DNA of 64,000 nt from a virus (taxonomy: Duplodnaviria; Heunggongvirae; Uroviricota; Caudoviricetes): the IMG/VR virus record IMGVR_UViG_3300028591_000077; one strand, given 5' to 3'. Positions within the stretch are counted from its first letter, which is position 1; every line of letters begins with the position of its first letter. A program made the position numbers and the translations under genes. The notes beneath the pieces were generated by a model that did no database searches, was not told where the DNA came from, and saw only the letters and a list, made by a program, of their open reading frames with translations. Positions 52,089-62,953 of this stretch are shown in pieces.

Positions 52089-52811
52089 ATGAAGTTACAA
52101 GAAGTAATCGATGAAATCAAACTTGAATTGACCGGTTCCGTTCTTGAAATGGAAATTGAAGATGCTACTATTAAACAAATCGTAAACAAAGTTCTCAGAG
52201 AGCTTGAAAGATTCTGGGACGAGACTACGATGATTACGATTCCATTCGCATCTTGCATCGATTTGTCTGGCAGTGACTTCTATGAACGCGTAAGCTCAAT
52301 TGTGAAAGTATATCGTGTCCAAGGCCTTGGAGAAGGCGGAGACGGCGTAAATGCAATGACTGACCCATTATATATGCAACAATATATGATATTCAGCAAC
52401 GGCGGCACGATGTATAATCTACAAGATTATATCATGAACTATGCATCATGGATTACATTGTCAAAAATCAAAAATACCATTTCAACAGACATGTCATTCA
52501 AAGAAGACCGACACAACAATAAATTATATATTAATAATTATATGTCTTCACCTGGATATGTAACTATCGAATACATCCCTAAATTAAAATCCGTTGAGGA
52601 TATTAAAAGTGATTATTGAATCGATATCCTGGTAAGAATGAGCGTCGCCTTAACAAAGGTTGTGGTTGGTAGAATCAGAACAAGATTCACGCAAGCCGGA
52701 GCCCTTTGGACACAAGATGGCGAAAAAATCCTCGAAGAGGGTAATACAGAACTAAAAGAACTTAGAGAAGTTCTAAGAGCAAATTCCAATCTAGTCTATC
52801 CAATAGATTAG
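52089..52811 (+). CDS. Neck/head-tail adaptor (gp13-like; code 4)
   Basis: IKLELTG..LEMEI, DYW(TGA 52617)I...GRIR..F...DGEKILEEG..E. Confidence 0.75.
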
Positions 52812-52842
52812 TGAAATAAAGAGAAAATAAGGAGAAACCTAA

Positions 52843-55800
52843 ATGGAAAAAGAACCTGTTACAAAATTTGATCTTGAAGCCGCTTTTAAAGCTTTGGATG
52901 AACTAGATATTCCCGTAGCTGAAAAAGGTATTGCAGCTAACAGAGTCAATCTAACTGAGACTTTCGCTAATGCTAGAAACAACAAGCTTAAAACCGAAAT
53001 TCTCATTGAAGATTACTATGACTTAAATAGTGAAGAAGATTTAGAGCAAGCCAAGACAGACAGAGAAGATGAAATTGCAAAAGCAAAACTTGCAAGAATC
53101 GAAAAAATCGTTGATTTAGATGCTGAATCACCAGAAGATTTACAACCATCTTATGTTGGTAAAGTAATTATTCAATGTCCACAATGTATGACTTTATTCT
53201 ATAAAGACCCAGCTGATATTGAACCTTCTGAAGATGATGAATCAGTCGTTAACATCAATGAAGTTTGCCAGCACTGTGGCAATGCGTCCGGTTATAATGT
53301 AATCGGTAAGGTTGATGCTGTTTCTGAAGATGAGACTGCAAATTATGATGAAGCAGAAACCGAAGAAGCTCCAGTTGAAGAAGATGAATTAAGCCTTGAC
53401 TTCGAAGAACCAACAGAAGAAGTCGATGCCGAAGGAACTGGCGAAGCAGAAACTACTCTTGAAGAACCAACAGAAGAGACCGAAGATGCATTAAATCTTG
53501 ACTTCACTGATACTGAAGAAGAGGAAGAAAAAGAAGAGGAAGAAAAGAAAGAAGAATCCTTAAACCATTCTAAAGTTGAAAGAGAAGCTGAAGAAGGTAG
53601 TGAACTTTTCACAGACAATAAATCTGATAATCTAACACTTAATGAAGATACTGCAGATGAAAGCTTAAACAATTCAGAAGCTCAAAAAGAAGCTGAAAAA
53701 ACTTCTGAACTTAAAACAGAAAATGAGTCTGAAAATTTAACTCTTAATGAAGAGGGCAATGCAAAATGGAAAGCCCTTTCCAACAAACCAAGAGATTTAT
53801 TATCAAGAATCAAAGATGACCCAAATTATAAAGCCACTGATAAATATGTTTTCTATGGAACAGATGCAGACGGCAAAGTCCTTGCAGCTGTAAACTATGA
53901 GCATACAAGCGATAAAATCAGTGATTTAAAAGCTGAAAGAAATAAAGTCTTTGATAAGGATGAAAAGATTGAAACAGTCTATGTCTCAAGATTCTTCCAT
54001 AACGAAAAAGAAAATAAAGATGAAGAAGTAGAAGTTGATTCATATATGATTTCTCGTAATAAAGTCGATGAATCCTTAGAATTAACAGAAGCTTCCGTCA
54101 AAGACTTAGATGCAAAATTAAAAGCACACAATGACTATATTAATTATCTTAAAAAGATGATTTCACAAGAAGAAGCTGCTTTAAAATCCACAACAAACGA
54201 AGAAGTTAAAGCCGCAATTCAAAGACGTCTTGATGCATTCAACGATGACTTAAACAAAGCACTTCCAGAAGCCGTTAAAAACGATTTAGCTGCTGATGAG
54301 CTTCCAACTCCAGAAGAAACTTCTGTTGAAGAAATTGAAGCTACAGAAGAAACAACAGAATCTGTAAATAAGTCTGAAAATACTGCCGAAATTGCAAAAG
54401 ACGAATTACCAGATGCAAAGACATTACATGAAGATGTAATTACTGTTAAGGTTGATACTGCTGATGGTGGTACTCCAATTGTTACTGTTGAACAAGAGCC
54501 TTCTGCTCCAATTGAAGAGCCTATTGCAGCACCTGCTTGCGTTGGCCCAGAATGCGAAGCGCCTGTCACAGAGCCTTGCGTAGGTCCAGAATGCGAAGTC
54601 GTTCCACCTGCAGTTGCTAATATCCCAGCAGTTGAAGAACCAGTCGTAACTGATGATGTTGAAGCTGGAATGACTGCAGACGCAAATTCTGCAGTTGATG
54701 AATTAGCCGCTGAATTTGGCATCGATAGCGATGTTGCTGTTGTTGAGCCAGGTGAGGCTGCTGAAGAAACAGCTGAAGTTGAAGAGACTAAAGAAGATGA
54801 TGACGATGACGATGATGATGATGATGACAAAGGCGGTTCTGGTGAAGCTCCTGTAGATGAAGGAATTTTATCCGCTGCTGGCAGCGTTGTTAATGGCGTT
54901 GTCGATGGCGTCAAAAATCTTTTAGCAAGCGATGAAGCTGAAAAAAAGGATTTAGAAGAATGCTCTAAAGTAACTGAAGATACTGCTGAAGATGCTCTTA
55001 TGCATGAATTAAAAACTCCAGTTTCTGAAGACGAAGTTAGAGCTATGATGTCCGATTTAAGAACTGAAGACATTAATATTACAAATAATGACTCTCCAGC
55101 GAGAGTTGATAATAGAACAGTTGACAATACAACAGAAGCTCCTACAACCGAAGAAAAACCTGTTGAAGAAGGAATTCTTGGTGCAGTCGGTGATGTAGTT
55201 GGCGGTGTTGTTGACGGTGTTGAAAATTTATTAGCCAGTGATGAAGCTGAAAAGAAAAGCATGGATGAATGCGCTAAAACTGAAGAAGGCTTAGGCTTAT
55301 TCGGTATTGGTGACGTCAATGTTAACTTAGATGCCTCTGGACAAAATAATGCTGTTGGTGTTGGCGGTGGTGAAGGTAAGACCGAAGAATTAGAAAAAGA
55401 AGGCTTACTTCCAGATGGACTCCCAACTCCTCCAGTAAAAGTTCCTGGATTAACCGAAGATGAAGAAGCTAAAGAAGACTTACAAGAAGGTCAAAAAATT
55501 GATGAAATCTTTGGTTGGTCAAAAAAAGAAAAAGAAGAAAAAGTAAATAAATTAGCTGACTCTTTATTTAAAGAATATACTATTCGTCTTTGGGACAAAA
55601 AGAGTGAGACACAAGATTGTCGTACATTTAAAGTTGCCTCAGATAGAGCCAGCATAGAAAGTACTTATAGCAACGATTATCATAAAGATACACTTGCAGA
55701 AGCAAGAGTACTAGCTGCTAATCTATCAAAAGGTGCTAAAAATCCTATTGCCGATATCTATGGTGGTCATGTTGAAGCTAATAAATTTACAAATTTAATT

Positions 55801-56724
55801 TTAACATATTTCAAAGGTAATGAACTTACTGAAAAAGATTTAAAGACTCCAGGTGATAGTAATGGTTGGTCAGGTGAAAAATCAAATACTGCATTTGCTA
55901 TTACAGCAGATGGTGACTTTGATAAAGAAGGTGGTAAAAATATTGTAGTTAGCGCCGGCAATCGTATTAATCTTGAAGCAGAATTAGCAAACCGTGCTAA
56001 TGATGAAGAAAAAGAAAAAGCTAAAAAAGATGATGAAGAGAGAACCAAACAAAAGAATGAATTAAGTCTTAGTGAAACTCTTAAAAAATGTAATTATACT
56101 GGTAAATGGATTCTAAAGGACAAGAGCAATAATCCATTAGAAGTGAATAGCGAATTTGCAAGAGAAAAAGTAGATGAAATGCTTGCTCAAGCAAAAACAG
56201 CAAGTGCTTATATGACAGTATATATCTGTGCAGAACCAGATTGGAAACTTATTAAAGTATTCAAAGGCACTGCTGAAAAAGAAGCTGGTGCCAAAGGATA
56301 TGACGCATTTGTTACTGCATTCCCAATTACAGAATCTATTGCAAAAAATACTGCAGATCTAAGCCTTTTCGAAGATTTAGACGAAGAAACAGTAGTCAAA
56401 CATATTTCTAGCTCATTAACAAAAGTATATGAAAATGTTAATAAATTTGAAATTAAAGAATGCTACTTAGAAAATAACAAATTTATAATCGAAGGCAATA
56501 TTGTATTTAAATCTGCAAAAGTAAAACCTACAAAATATGTCTTTACAGAAGCAGTTATAAACGATGAACATAAACTCGTTTTAACCGGCATTAATGAAAG
56601 CCTTACCAATGATGGTGTATTTATATTAACATGTGCTATCGATGGCGCAAAACTAACCGCAGAAAATCTTGCTTATAAGTATACTGTGAATAACACATTA
56701 GTTGAAGGCTATACAAACAAGTAA
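52843..56724 (+). CDS. Very large acidic protein with internal repeats (probable internal head protein)
   Basis: 1293 aa, Glu/Asp-rich, CxxC pair, repeats, many L-x-E motifs. Confidence 0.75.
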   Translation: MEKEPVTKFDLEAAFKALDELDIPVAEKGIAANRVNLTETFANARNNKLKTEILIEDYYDLNSEEDLEQAKTDREDEIAKAKLARIEKIVDLDAESPEDLQPSYVGKVIIQCPQCMTLFYKDPADIEPSEDDESVVNINEVCQHCGNASGYNVIGKVDAVSEDETANYDEAETEEAPVEEDELSLDFEEPTEEVDAEGTGEAETTLEEPTEETEDALNLDFTDTEEEEEKEEEEKKEESLNHSKVEREAEEGSELFTDNKSDNLTLNEDTADESLNNSEAQKEAEKTSELKTENESENLTLNEEGNAKWKALSNKPRDLLSRIKDDPNYKATDKYVFYGTDADGKVLAAVNYEHTSDKISDLKAERNKVFDKDEKIETVYVSRFFHNEKENKDEEVEVDSYMISRNKVDESLELTEASVKDLDAKLKAHNDYINYLKKMISQEEAALKSTTNEEVKAAIQRRLDAFNDDLNKALPEAVKNDLAADELPTPEETSVEEIEATEETTESVNKSENTAEIAKDELPDAKTLHEDVITVKVDTADGGTPIVTVEQEPSAPIEEPIAAPACVGPECEAPVTEPCVGPECEVVPPAVANIPAVEEPVVTDDVEAGMTADANSAVDELAAEFGIDSDVAVVEPGEAAEETAEVEETKEDDDDDDDDDDDKGGSGEAPVDEGILSAAGSVVNGVVDGVKNLLASDEAEKKDLEECSKVTEDTAEDALMHELKTPVSEDEVRAMMSDLRTEDINITNNDSPARVDNRTVDNTTEAPTTEEKPVEEGILGAVGDVVGGVVDGVENLLASDEAEKKSMDECAKTEEGLGLFGIGDVNVNLDASGQNNAVGVGGGEGKTEELEKEGLLPDGLPTPPVKVPGLTEDEEAKEDLQEGQKIDEIFGWSKKEKEEKVNKLADSLFKEYTIRLWDKKSETQDCRTFKVASDRASIESTYSNDYHKDTLAEARVLAANLSKGAKNPIADIYGGHVEANKFTNLILTYFKGNELTEKDLKTPGDSNGWSGEKSNTAFAITADGDFDKEGGKNIVVSAGNRINLEAELANRANDEEKEKAKKDDEERTKQKNELSLSETLKKCNYTGKWILKDKSNNPLEVNSEFAREKVDEMLAQAKTASAYMTVYICAEPDWKLIKVFKGTAEKEAGAKGYDAFVTAFPITESIAKNTADLSLFEDLDEETVVKHISSSLTKVYENVNKFEIKECYLENNKFIIEGNIVFKSAKVKPTKYVFTEAVINDEHKLVLTGINESLTNDGVFILTCAIDGAKLTAENLAYKYTVNNTLVEGYTNK

Positions 56725-56798
56725 TAAAAACACTTAATGAGGCTGGTTTTATGAATTATTAGAATCAGCCTCTTATTGAATTATGGAGGTTATAAATA

Positions 56799-57308
56799 AT
56801 GTCTGATAACAGAAATGATTATGGCGTGTTATTGAATAAAGATATAAAACTCCATAGATTATATTTCAAACAAATGGTAAAGCTTATCGGTATAAATTGT
56901 ATCTATAAGGCACCATTACCAAATAAAACATTTGATAAACACGGAGACTTGGATGCAGACTATGCACCGGGTAAAGTTGTTGGGTGTATCTTTCAAGAGC
57001 ATCCAGATCAAAAGACACTAAAGAAAATGGGTTGAGTTGCTGAACTTCAAGAAAGTTCTTCTATAATTCATGTTCCATATGACTTACCAAATTTACAAGT
57101 TGGTGCATTATTTATTGTTCCTAGTGGCATCGACAATGCAATTGGACGAGTATTTCGTGTAATTAGCATGCAAAATATAATGGTTTATCCAGCCTCTATT
57201 GCTTGTGAGATAGCACCTGAGTGGGAAGATGTTGATGAGCAAAATGCACACACAGATTTTTCAGAGGCAACAACTACACTTCTTATAGATGACGAGGAGG
57301 ATGATTAA
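56799..57308 (+). CDS. Probable neck/head-closure protein (code 4)
   Basis: TLKKMGW(TGA 57033)VAE; position in neck cluster. Confidence 0.6.
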
Positions 57309-59092
57309 TGAGTTTTATATTAACAAATAATGGTAAAATTAAATTAATTGAACGTTTTATTCTACAAGAAGATGATACCTCAATTTATAGCACAGCCGAA
57401 ACTTATTGTGATAAAATTCTTGAATTCTTAAAAAATAGAATTACAGAAGCGGAAAATAAAGGCGGACAAAATTCTCAAAATACAAAAGTATTTGCAGATG
57501 CTAGAAATAAAACAAATGAGTTATTAACTAGAATAGAAAAAACTAATGCAAAAATCTGAAAATCAAAAGATAATGCCACAGTTAAAGCCTTAACTGTTCA
57601 ATATGTTGAGGATGTTGAAGCTTTACTATTAAATTTAGATCCAGACTCTGCAAAGACAGAGCAGGCTAAAGTTAAAGCAATATTAGCAGATATAAAAACA
57701 GAAGCTAGAAGCAGTGAGCTAAATCAAAAAAGACTAAAAGAAAAAATTAGAAGCATTATGTCTGCTTTAGATGAAGCTATTTCTAAACTAAGTGGAATTT
57801 CATCTGAAGATGACGAAAATTCAAAAACAGTAAATGCCGGTGATTATATTCTTAATTTGCAAAATACTTACAATGACATTGCAAAAATTAGAACTATGAT
57901 CGATAAGACAGATAAAACTATAACGGATGCTTTGATTTTAGAGTTACGTAAGCTTTATGATAAAGCTTCAATTGATGCTTTACCTGAATTTATGGAGCTA
58001 TGTAAAGCTGCACATGAGGGTCTTATTGGTAAAACAGCTGCCAGCTCTGATATAAAGACTGATGACCATTATAGTTTGAATAAAGGTCAAGATATCGATT
58101 GGGCTAAAAAATATGACTCCATGTCTAATAAAGATGCCTTCTGGGAATATTATTATACAGTTGCATGGGGTGCACAAAAAGGCGCAAGAATAAAAGCACT
58201 TGGTGAAGCCTTTAAGCAAGAGTGTAGAGTTTATGGTTTTACAGAGGACACAAATCCATTCATAGTATATCTTGGCTGGGCATTAGACAGCTTTAATGTA
58301 ACAAAAGACGTATATTTTGCCATTCATGATGCAATAGCTCGTGGAAGTAGTGCAATAACTGAAAATGACTTGATACATAAAGGCGGTGATGCCTTAAATT
58401 TACTAAGAAACAGAGAATTTTATACTCTTTCTAACGATAGTGCTAGAACATATATAAACTATGTGGCAGAGGTTAAAAGACTCTCACCTACAGGACTTAC
58501 TACTCTACGCCGCAACCTTGGTGCTAAAAAACCACTAGCAGACGGAAGTGATGAGGCTAAAAAATATAATATTTTGACCTATCTTTCAAAGGATACTGCT
58601 AGTGACATAGATGCTATGACTATGAACTGAGTATTAATTTATCAAAATATTAAATTAAATACTTTACTTAATATAGAAAATACTGAGAGCATTACTGTTG
58701 CAGACGTTACTTCTGCAAAATTACGTCCATTGGCAGAAATAAGAAGCTTACTTACGCTTCTAGGTGGTAAGATAAACACCACTGTTGCCTGGAATAATAA
58801 ATCAAAAACAGCTCTTGTAGATTATATAAAAACTTCCAGCGCATATAAAACTGCTGCAGCTAAAGCAACAATTGCACGACAAATTATTGTTACAGCATGC
58901 ATTACATACCTTACAGACCCTGATTTAACTGTTGTCTTAAAGATACCAAAGACACCTCTTGATAAAGTTACCATAAGTTCTGCAGACATGGCCGCAGCTA
59001 AAACAATAATTCTAAAATTTGGTGATAGACTAACGAGAGCTAGTATAGAAGCCTTAATAAAAGAATTTGAGAAAGAAAAGATTATTAACTAA
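57308..59092 (+). CDS. Hypothetical 594-aa protein (code 4; three track ORFs fused)
   Basis: Single frame with TGA at 57557 and 58628; TAATG coupling at both ends. Confidence 0.75.
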
Positions 59093-59418
59093 TGCAATTT
59101 ACTATTAGAAATGCTGCTGCAAATAAAGATTGGATGTCTGCAAGGGTTCTATTGGACGCAAAAGCTATAATAATGGCGCATACTATAACACCCGGAGAAA
59201 TCAATTTAAATAGATATCTGTTAAAAAATTATGGCTTAAATCTAAAAGGTGCTTGTTTGTATTTGTTATCACGTAGCAAATTCTACAAAGACCTTGACAA
59301 CTCAATAACAGTTTTATTCCAAAATAAAAACGATGATAAATTAGCCTCGTTAATTACTTATGGTACTGGACTTATAAAAGGAAGCAATTTATTAAAAGAA
59401 GCTTTCTTCAGAATTTAA
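59092..59418 (+). CDS. Hypothetical protein
   Basis: TAATG-coupled ORF. Confidence 0.7.
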   Translation: MQFTIRNAAANKDWMSARVLLDAKAIIMAHTITPGEINLNRYLLKNYGLNLKGACLYLLSRSKFYKDLDNSITVLFQNKNDDKLASLITYGTGLIKGSNLLKEAFFRI

Positions 59419-59433
59419 TGAAAGGAGATTAAA

Positions 59434-60126
59434 ATGGCGTTAGAGTATTATGATGATGCAATTATTGCAAAACTTAAAAAATGAACACCAAATAATATAG
59501 AAATACGAGTGCTTAAGCCAGATGATACTAAACGCTTGTTTGAAACAATGGCAGACGATGCAAAAGATAAAAATGCTAAACTGCCACTTATTGCACTTTC
59601 AAAAAATAATGATATAGAATTACTTCTAAATTATAAGGGACCAAGATCATTTGATGGCTTAAAAATGCAACAGACTGAAGCTGGCACAACTTTGTTAAAT
59701 GCCATTCCAGTAAAATTGCAATACCAATTAGATATTTACACAAAAACATACGCAGAATCAAGCGAATATGTTAGACAATATTTATTTAAGTTAATAAATA
59801 ATCCACTATTAAAAATTGTAGTTCCATATAATGGACAAGAAATAGTACAAGTAGCGTATATCAGAGTATTAAGCACTATATCTGATACAAGTGATATACC
59901 TCAACATCTATTCCAAGGACAGTTCACGCGCTGGACAATTCAAATGGAAATACAAGATGCCTTCTTATTTGATGTTCCATATAAACGAAATTGGAAAATA
60001 TACTGTGAGGATGAACTTGTTGATCCAAAATATTACAGTGTATTAGAAATTGCTGAGACGGTAACTACCCCAGAGGTTGAAGAAAGTGAGGCTTTTAAAC
60101 TTAACTTTCAAAAGCCACAATCATAA
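59434..60126 (+). CDS. Probable tail terminator/completion protein (code 4)
   Basis: AAGGAG + ATG 59434, TGA 59482; LPLIAL, IPVKLQYQLDIYT; precedes sheath. Confidence 0.65.
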
Positions 60127-60226
60127 TTTAGATTTAATCATAAATTATTTGCTAAATTAATTGATGATTAAGATTATTTAATCAAAACTAAGTATACATT
60201 ACAAAGGTTAAAAAGGAGAACAAAAC

Positions 60227-61948
60227 ATGCCAAAAAGTATTATAAGAGAATTTGACAATTCCAACACCGGCATTACTTTATCTTCAAGCTTTGCAGTTGT
60301 CGTTCCTGGTTATATGGGAATAGAAGAAACTAAAAAGTCAGTTGATGAAGCTGTTGAAGCTGGAATCTACATTGGTGGCAATTATGATAAAGATAAGCAA
60401 ACCTATGTCAATGGCGTTTACAGATTAGCTTCTACAAGCCAATTTAAAAAGTACATTGGTGCTTTTAAAGGTAAGAAAGAAGAAGCTACCGCTCCTACCG
60501 TAGAGCTTTTCTATCAAGAAGCTGAAGGCTTAGACAAGTTTAGAAGCGCTCTTACAGTTTCACAATTTACTGAAGCTATTGCCGCTGGTTATAATTTTTA
60601 TAAAGGCATTGATATTATAGAAGGTGAAACTGGCTTCGGTAAGAAAGGTAAACTATTAAAAACATTTACCACTGAAGAATTAGGCATTGAGGATACGAAA
60701 ACTGTAAAATTTATTTATGTGCCAATTGAAACACTTTATGATGATTTAAATGACGGCACAACAACTCATGCCTATTATAAAATCAAAGCCGGTAGTGAAG
60801 GTGCTGATGAAGTTCCTGAACAACACATTGGTAACCAAATAGCTTGGGAACTATTAAAGCTTGGTTATACAGTTTTATTTAAGAAATTAAATAAGGTTGA
60901 AAGCGATGGCACAGTTAAGAGTGCTACTGCTCAATTAAAAGAACCAGAATTCTGGGAAGCTTTCAAAAATAAGTCAACATATCAATTCCGCTACTTAACA
61001 ACTGGTGGTTGCTATGATGCTAGCGTTGCAGACCAGTTAGCTGCTATTGCAAACTTCAATAATAAAGTTACAGTTGAAGAAGCTGATACTCTTCTTGGCA
61101 ATAAATGCGGTCGTGGCGATATTATTGCATTATTAGACCTTGATGAAAATTATAAACAACCAGTTGTTAACCCAGATACCGGCGCTATCATTGGATATAA
61201 GAAATCTATGGTAGAAGCTATTACACAAGAAGAATTAGTTGCTGCTACAGGTCGTGCAGCAAAAGCTTTACCTGATAGTAAATATGTTGCAATCTTTGGT
61301 CCAAATGTTATTTATAATATGGAACCAGAAGAAGACTTTGGTGATAATTTAAAATTCCCTGCTTCATTCCACTATTTAGTTTGTGCAATTAACGCACAGC
61401 AAAGATATTCTGAATGGTATGCTGTTGCTGGTTATGACCGTGGCGTTGGTTCATTATCAATTGCTTACCCAACCATTACATTTGGTGAAATTGCAATTAA
61501 CACACTAGCTCCTAGAGTTATTAATAGCTTTACAGATAGAGCCGTTAACCTCATCTTAAGTGAAAGAGGTAACTACTATATTTGGGGAAATAGAACGTCT
61601 GCCAAATTAGATGATAAAGGCTTAAAGTTCAGTCACTTCTTAAATATCAGACAACTTTGCTGCACATTGAAGCAAGAATTATATCAAGCTACAAGAAGAT
61701 TTACATTTAATCCTAATTCAGATATTCTTTGGGTGGATTTCGTTAATACAATTACGCCAACATTAGATAATATGAAGGCTAACCAAGGTATTAAAGATTA
61801 TAGAATCACCAAAGTTAAAACAGACTTAAAAGCATTAGTGGTTGCTCGCATCAGAATTGTTCCTATTGAAGCCTTAGAAGACTTTGATATTAGTATACAC
61901 TTAGAAGATTCATTAACTGGCACTGTGCTAAGCGTTGATGAAGAATAG
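60227..61948 (+). CDS. Contractile tail sheath protein
   Basis: WYAVAGYDRG, VNLI, IWGNRT, LNIRQL, FNPNS..LW. Confidence 0.9.
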   Translation: MPKSIIREFDNSNTGITLSSSFAVVVPGYMGIEETKKSVDEAVEAGIYIGGNYDKDKQTYVNGVYRLASTSQFKKYIGAFKGKKEEATAPTVELFYQEAEGLDKFRSALTVSQFTEAIAAGYNFYKGIDIIEGETGFGKKGKLLKTFTTEELGIEDTKTVKFIYVPIETLYDDLNDGTTTHAYYKIKAGSEGADEVPEQHIGNQIAWELLKLGYTVLFKKLNKVESDGTVKSATAQLKEPEFWEAFKNKSTYQFRYLTTGGCYDASVADQLAAIANFNNKVTVEEADTLLGNKCGRGDIIALLDLDENYKQPVVNPDTGAIIGYKKSMVEAITQEELVAATGRAAKALPDSKYVAIFGPNVIYNMEPEEDFGDNLKFPASFHYLVCAINAQQRYSEWYAVAGYDRGVGSLSIAYPTITFGEIAINTLAPRVINSFTDRAVNLILSERGNYYIWGNRTSAKLDDKGLKFSHFLNIRQLCCTLKQELYQATRRFTFNPNSDILWVDFVNTITPTLDNMKANQGIKDYRITKVKTDLKALVVARIRIVPIEALEDFDISIHLEDSLTGTVLSVDEE

Positions 61949-61968
61949 TTATAAAGGAGATATAGAAG

Positions 61969-62619
61969 ATGCCTATTACAAATTTTCCTAAAAACGGTCA
62001 AAAGGTAACTCCAGCTGAAAACTGGGATCAAAGCTTAAATACTGAGCACATTAGTAATAACCTTACTGGTTATGAAGCTGCCAGAAGCTCATTCTTCATT
62101 TTTCAGGTAAGTCCAGAAGAATTACAAAATTTATTACCACCGGATATTGCTCCTAGTGAAGATGACAAAGATAATTACTATGACAGCAAGACTGTTTCGG
62201 ATTATCTAAGATTAAATGTTGTTAAAGCAAGCATTCCATCATTCACCGTTGAAGCTGTACCATACAGACGTGGTAATGATGTAGTCAAGTATGCTGGTGT
62301 TCCAACATTCAATGATGGTAGTATTACTGTAGATGATGTTGTTGGACTTCACGTTAAAGATATGCTTTATGCTTGGTTATATCTCGCATACAACCCAAAT
62401 ACCCGTATGGGTGGTCGTATGGCTGAATATAAGAAAAAAGCTACATTAATGGAGTATACACAAGACTACCAATTAATCAGAACTTGGACATTAGAAGGTT
62501 GCTTTATCACAGGAATCGAAGAATCTCAATTCGACAGAGAAAATGACGAAAAGAGACAACTCTCAGTAAGTATCTCATATGATAGAGCTACAATGAAACC
62601 TGAGCATGAATCATTCTAG
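61969..62619 (+). CDS. Tail tube protein (gp19-like)
   Basis: VKYAG.PTF, YKK.ATL, WTLEGCF, ISYDRA; follows sheath. Confidence 0.85.
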   Translation: MPITNFPKNGQKVTPAENWDQSLNTEHISNNLTGYEAARSSFFIFQVSPEELQNLLPPDIAPSEDDKDNYYDSKTVSDYLRLNVVKASIPSFTVEAVPYRRGNDVVKYAGVPTFNDGSITVDDVVGLHVKDMLYAWLYLAYNPNTRMGGRMAEYKKKATLMEYTQDYQLIRTWTLEGCFITGIEESQFDRENDEKRQLSVSISYDRATMKPEHESF

Positions 62620-62642
62620 TTTATACAATAAAATTAATTAAG

Positions 62643-62668
62643 AAAGCACATTATTATAATGTGCTTTT
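62643..62668 (+). terminator. Intrinsic terminator
   Basis: aaagcacatta-tta-taatgtgctttt. Confidence 0.7.
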
Positions 62669-62769
62669 ATTTTAACAAAAAAATAAATTTATTAAATTTA
62701 TTTTTCTTTTATGTGCTAAATTATATGAATACGGCGTATGTAAAATACTCCATATGAAAGGAAAAACTT

Positions 62770-62934
62770 ATGGGAAGAAAAAAGATTGACCGAAGCGATA
62801 AAATTATGCAAACATTTGAGACATCTATTCCTTTAAAGAAAAGACTGCAAGAACGCGCTGAAAAGCAAGGAATTACAGTATCTGCACTTATTAGGAATAT
62901 ATTAGAAACCTTTTTTGAAGAACATAGAAATTAA
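62770..62934 (+). CDS. Second ribbon-helix-helix protein, 54 aa (not in ORF track)
   Basis: MGRKKIDRSDKIMQTFETSIPLKKRLQERAEKQGITVSALIRNILE; AAGGA RBS. Confidence 0.75.
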   Translation: MGRKKIDRSDKIMQTFETSIPLKKRLQERAEKQGITVSALIRNILETFFEEHRN

Positions 62935-62953
62935 TTAGTAAAGGAGCAAAACT

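Noticed and set aside
54219-55319. Long minus-strand ORFs (also 31455-32228, 3577-3849, 42391-42672)
   Set aside because: Antisense shadows of low-complexity + strand genes; no RBS or motifs.
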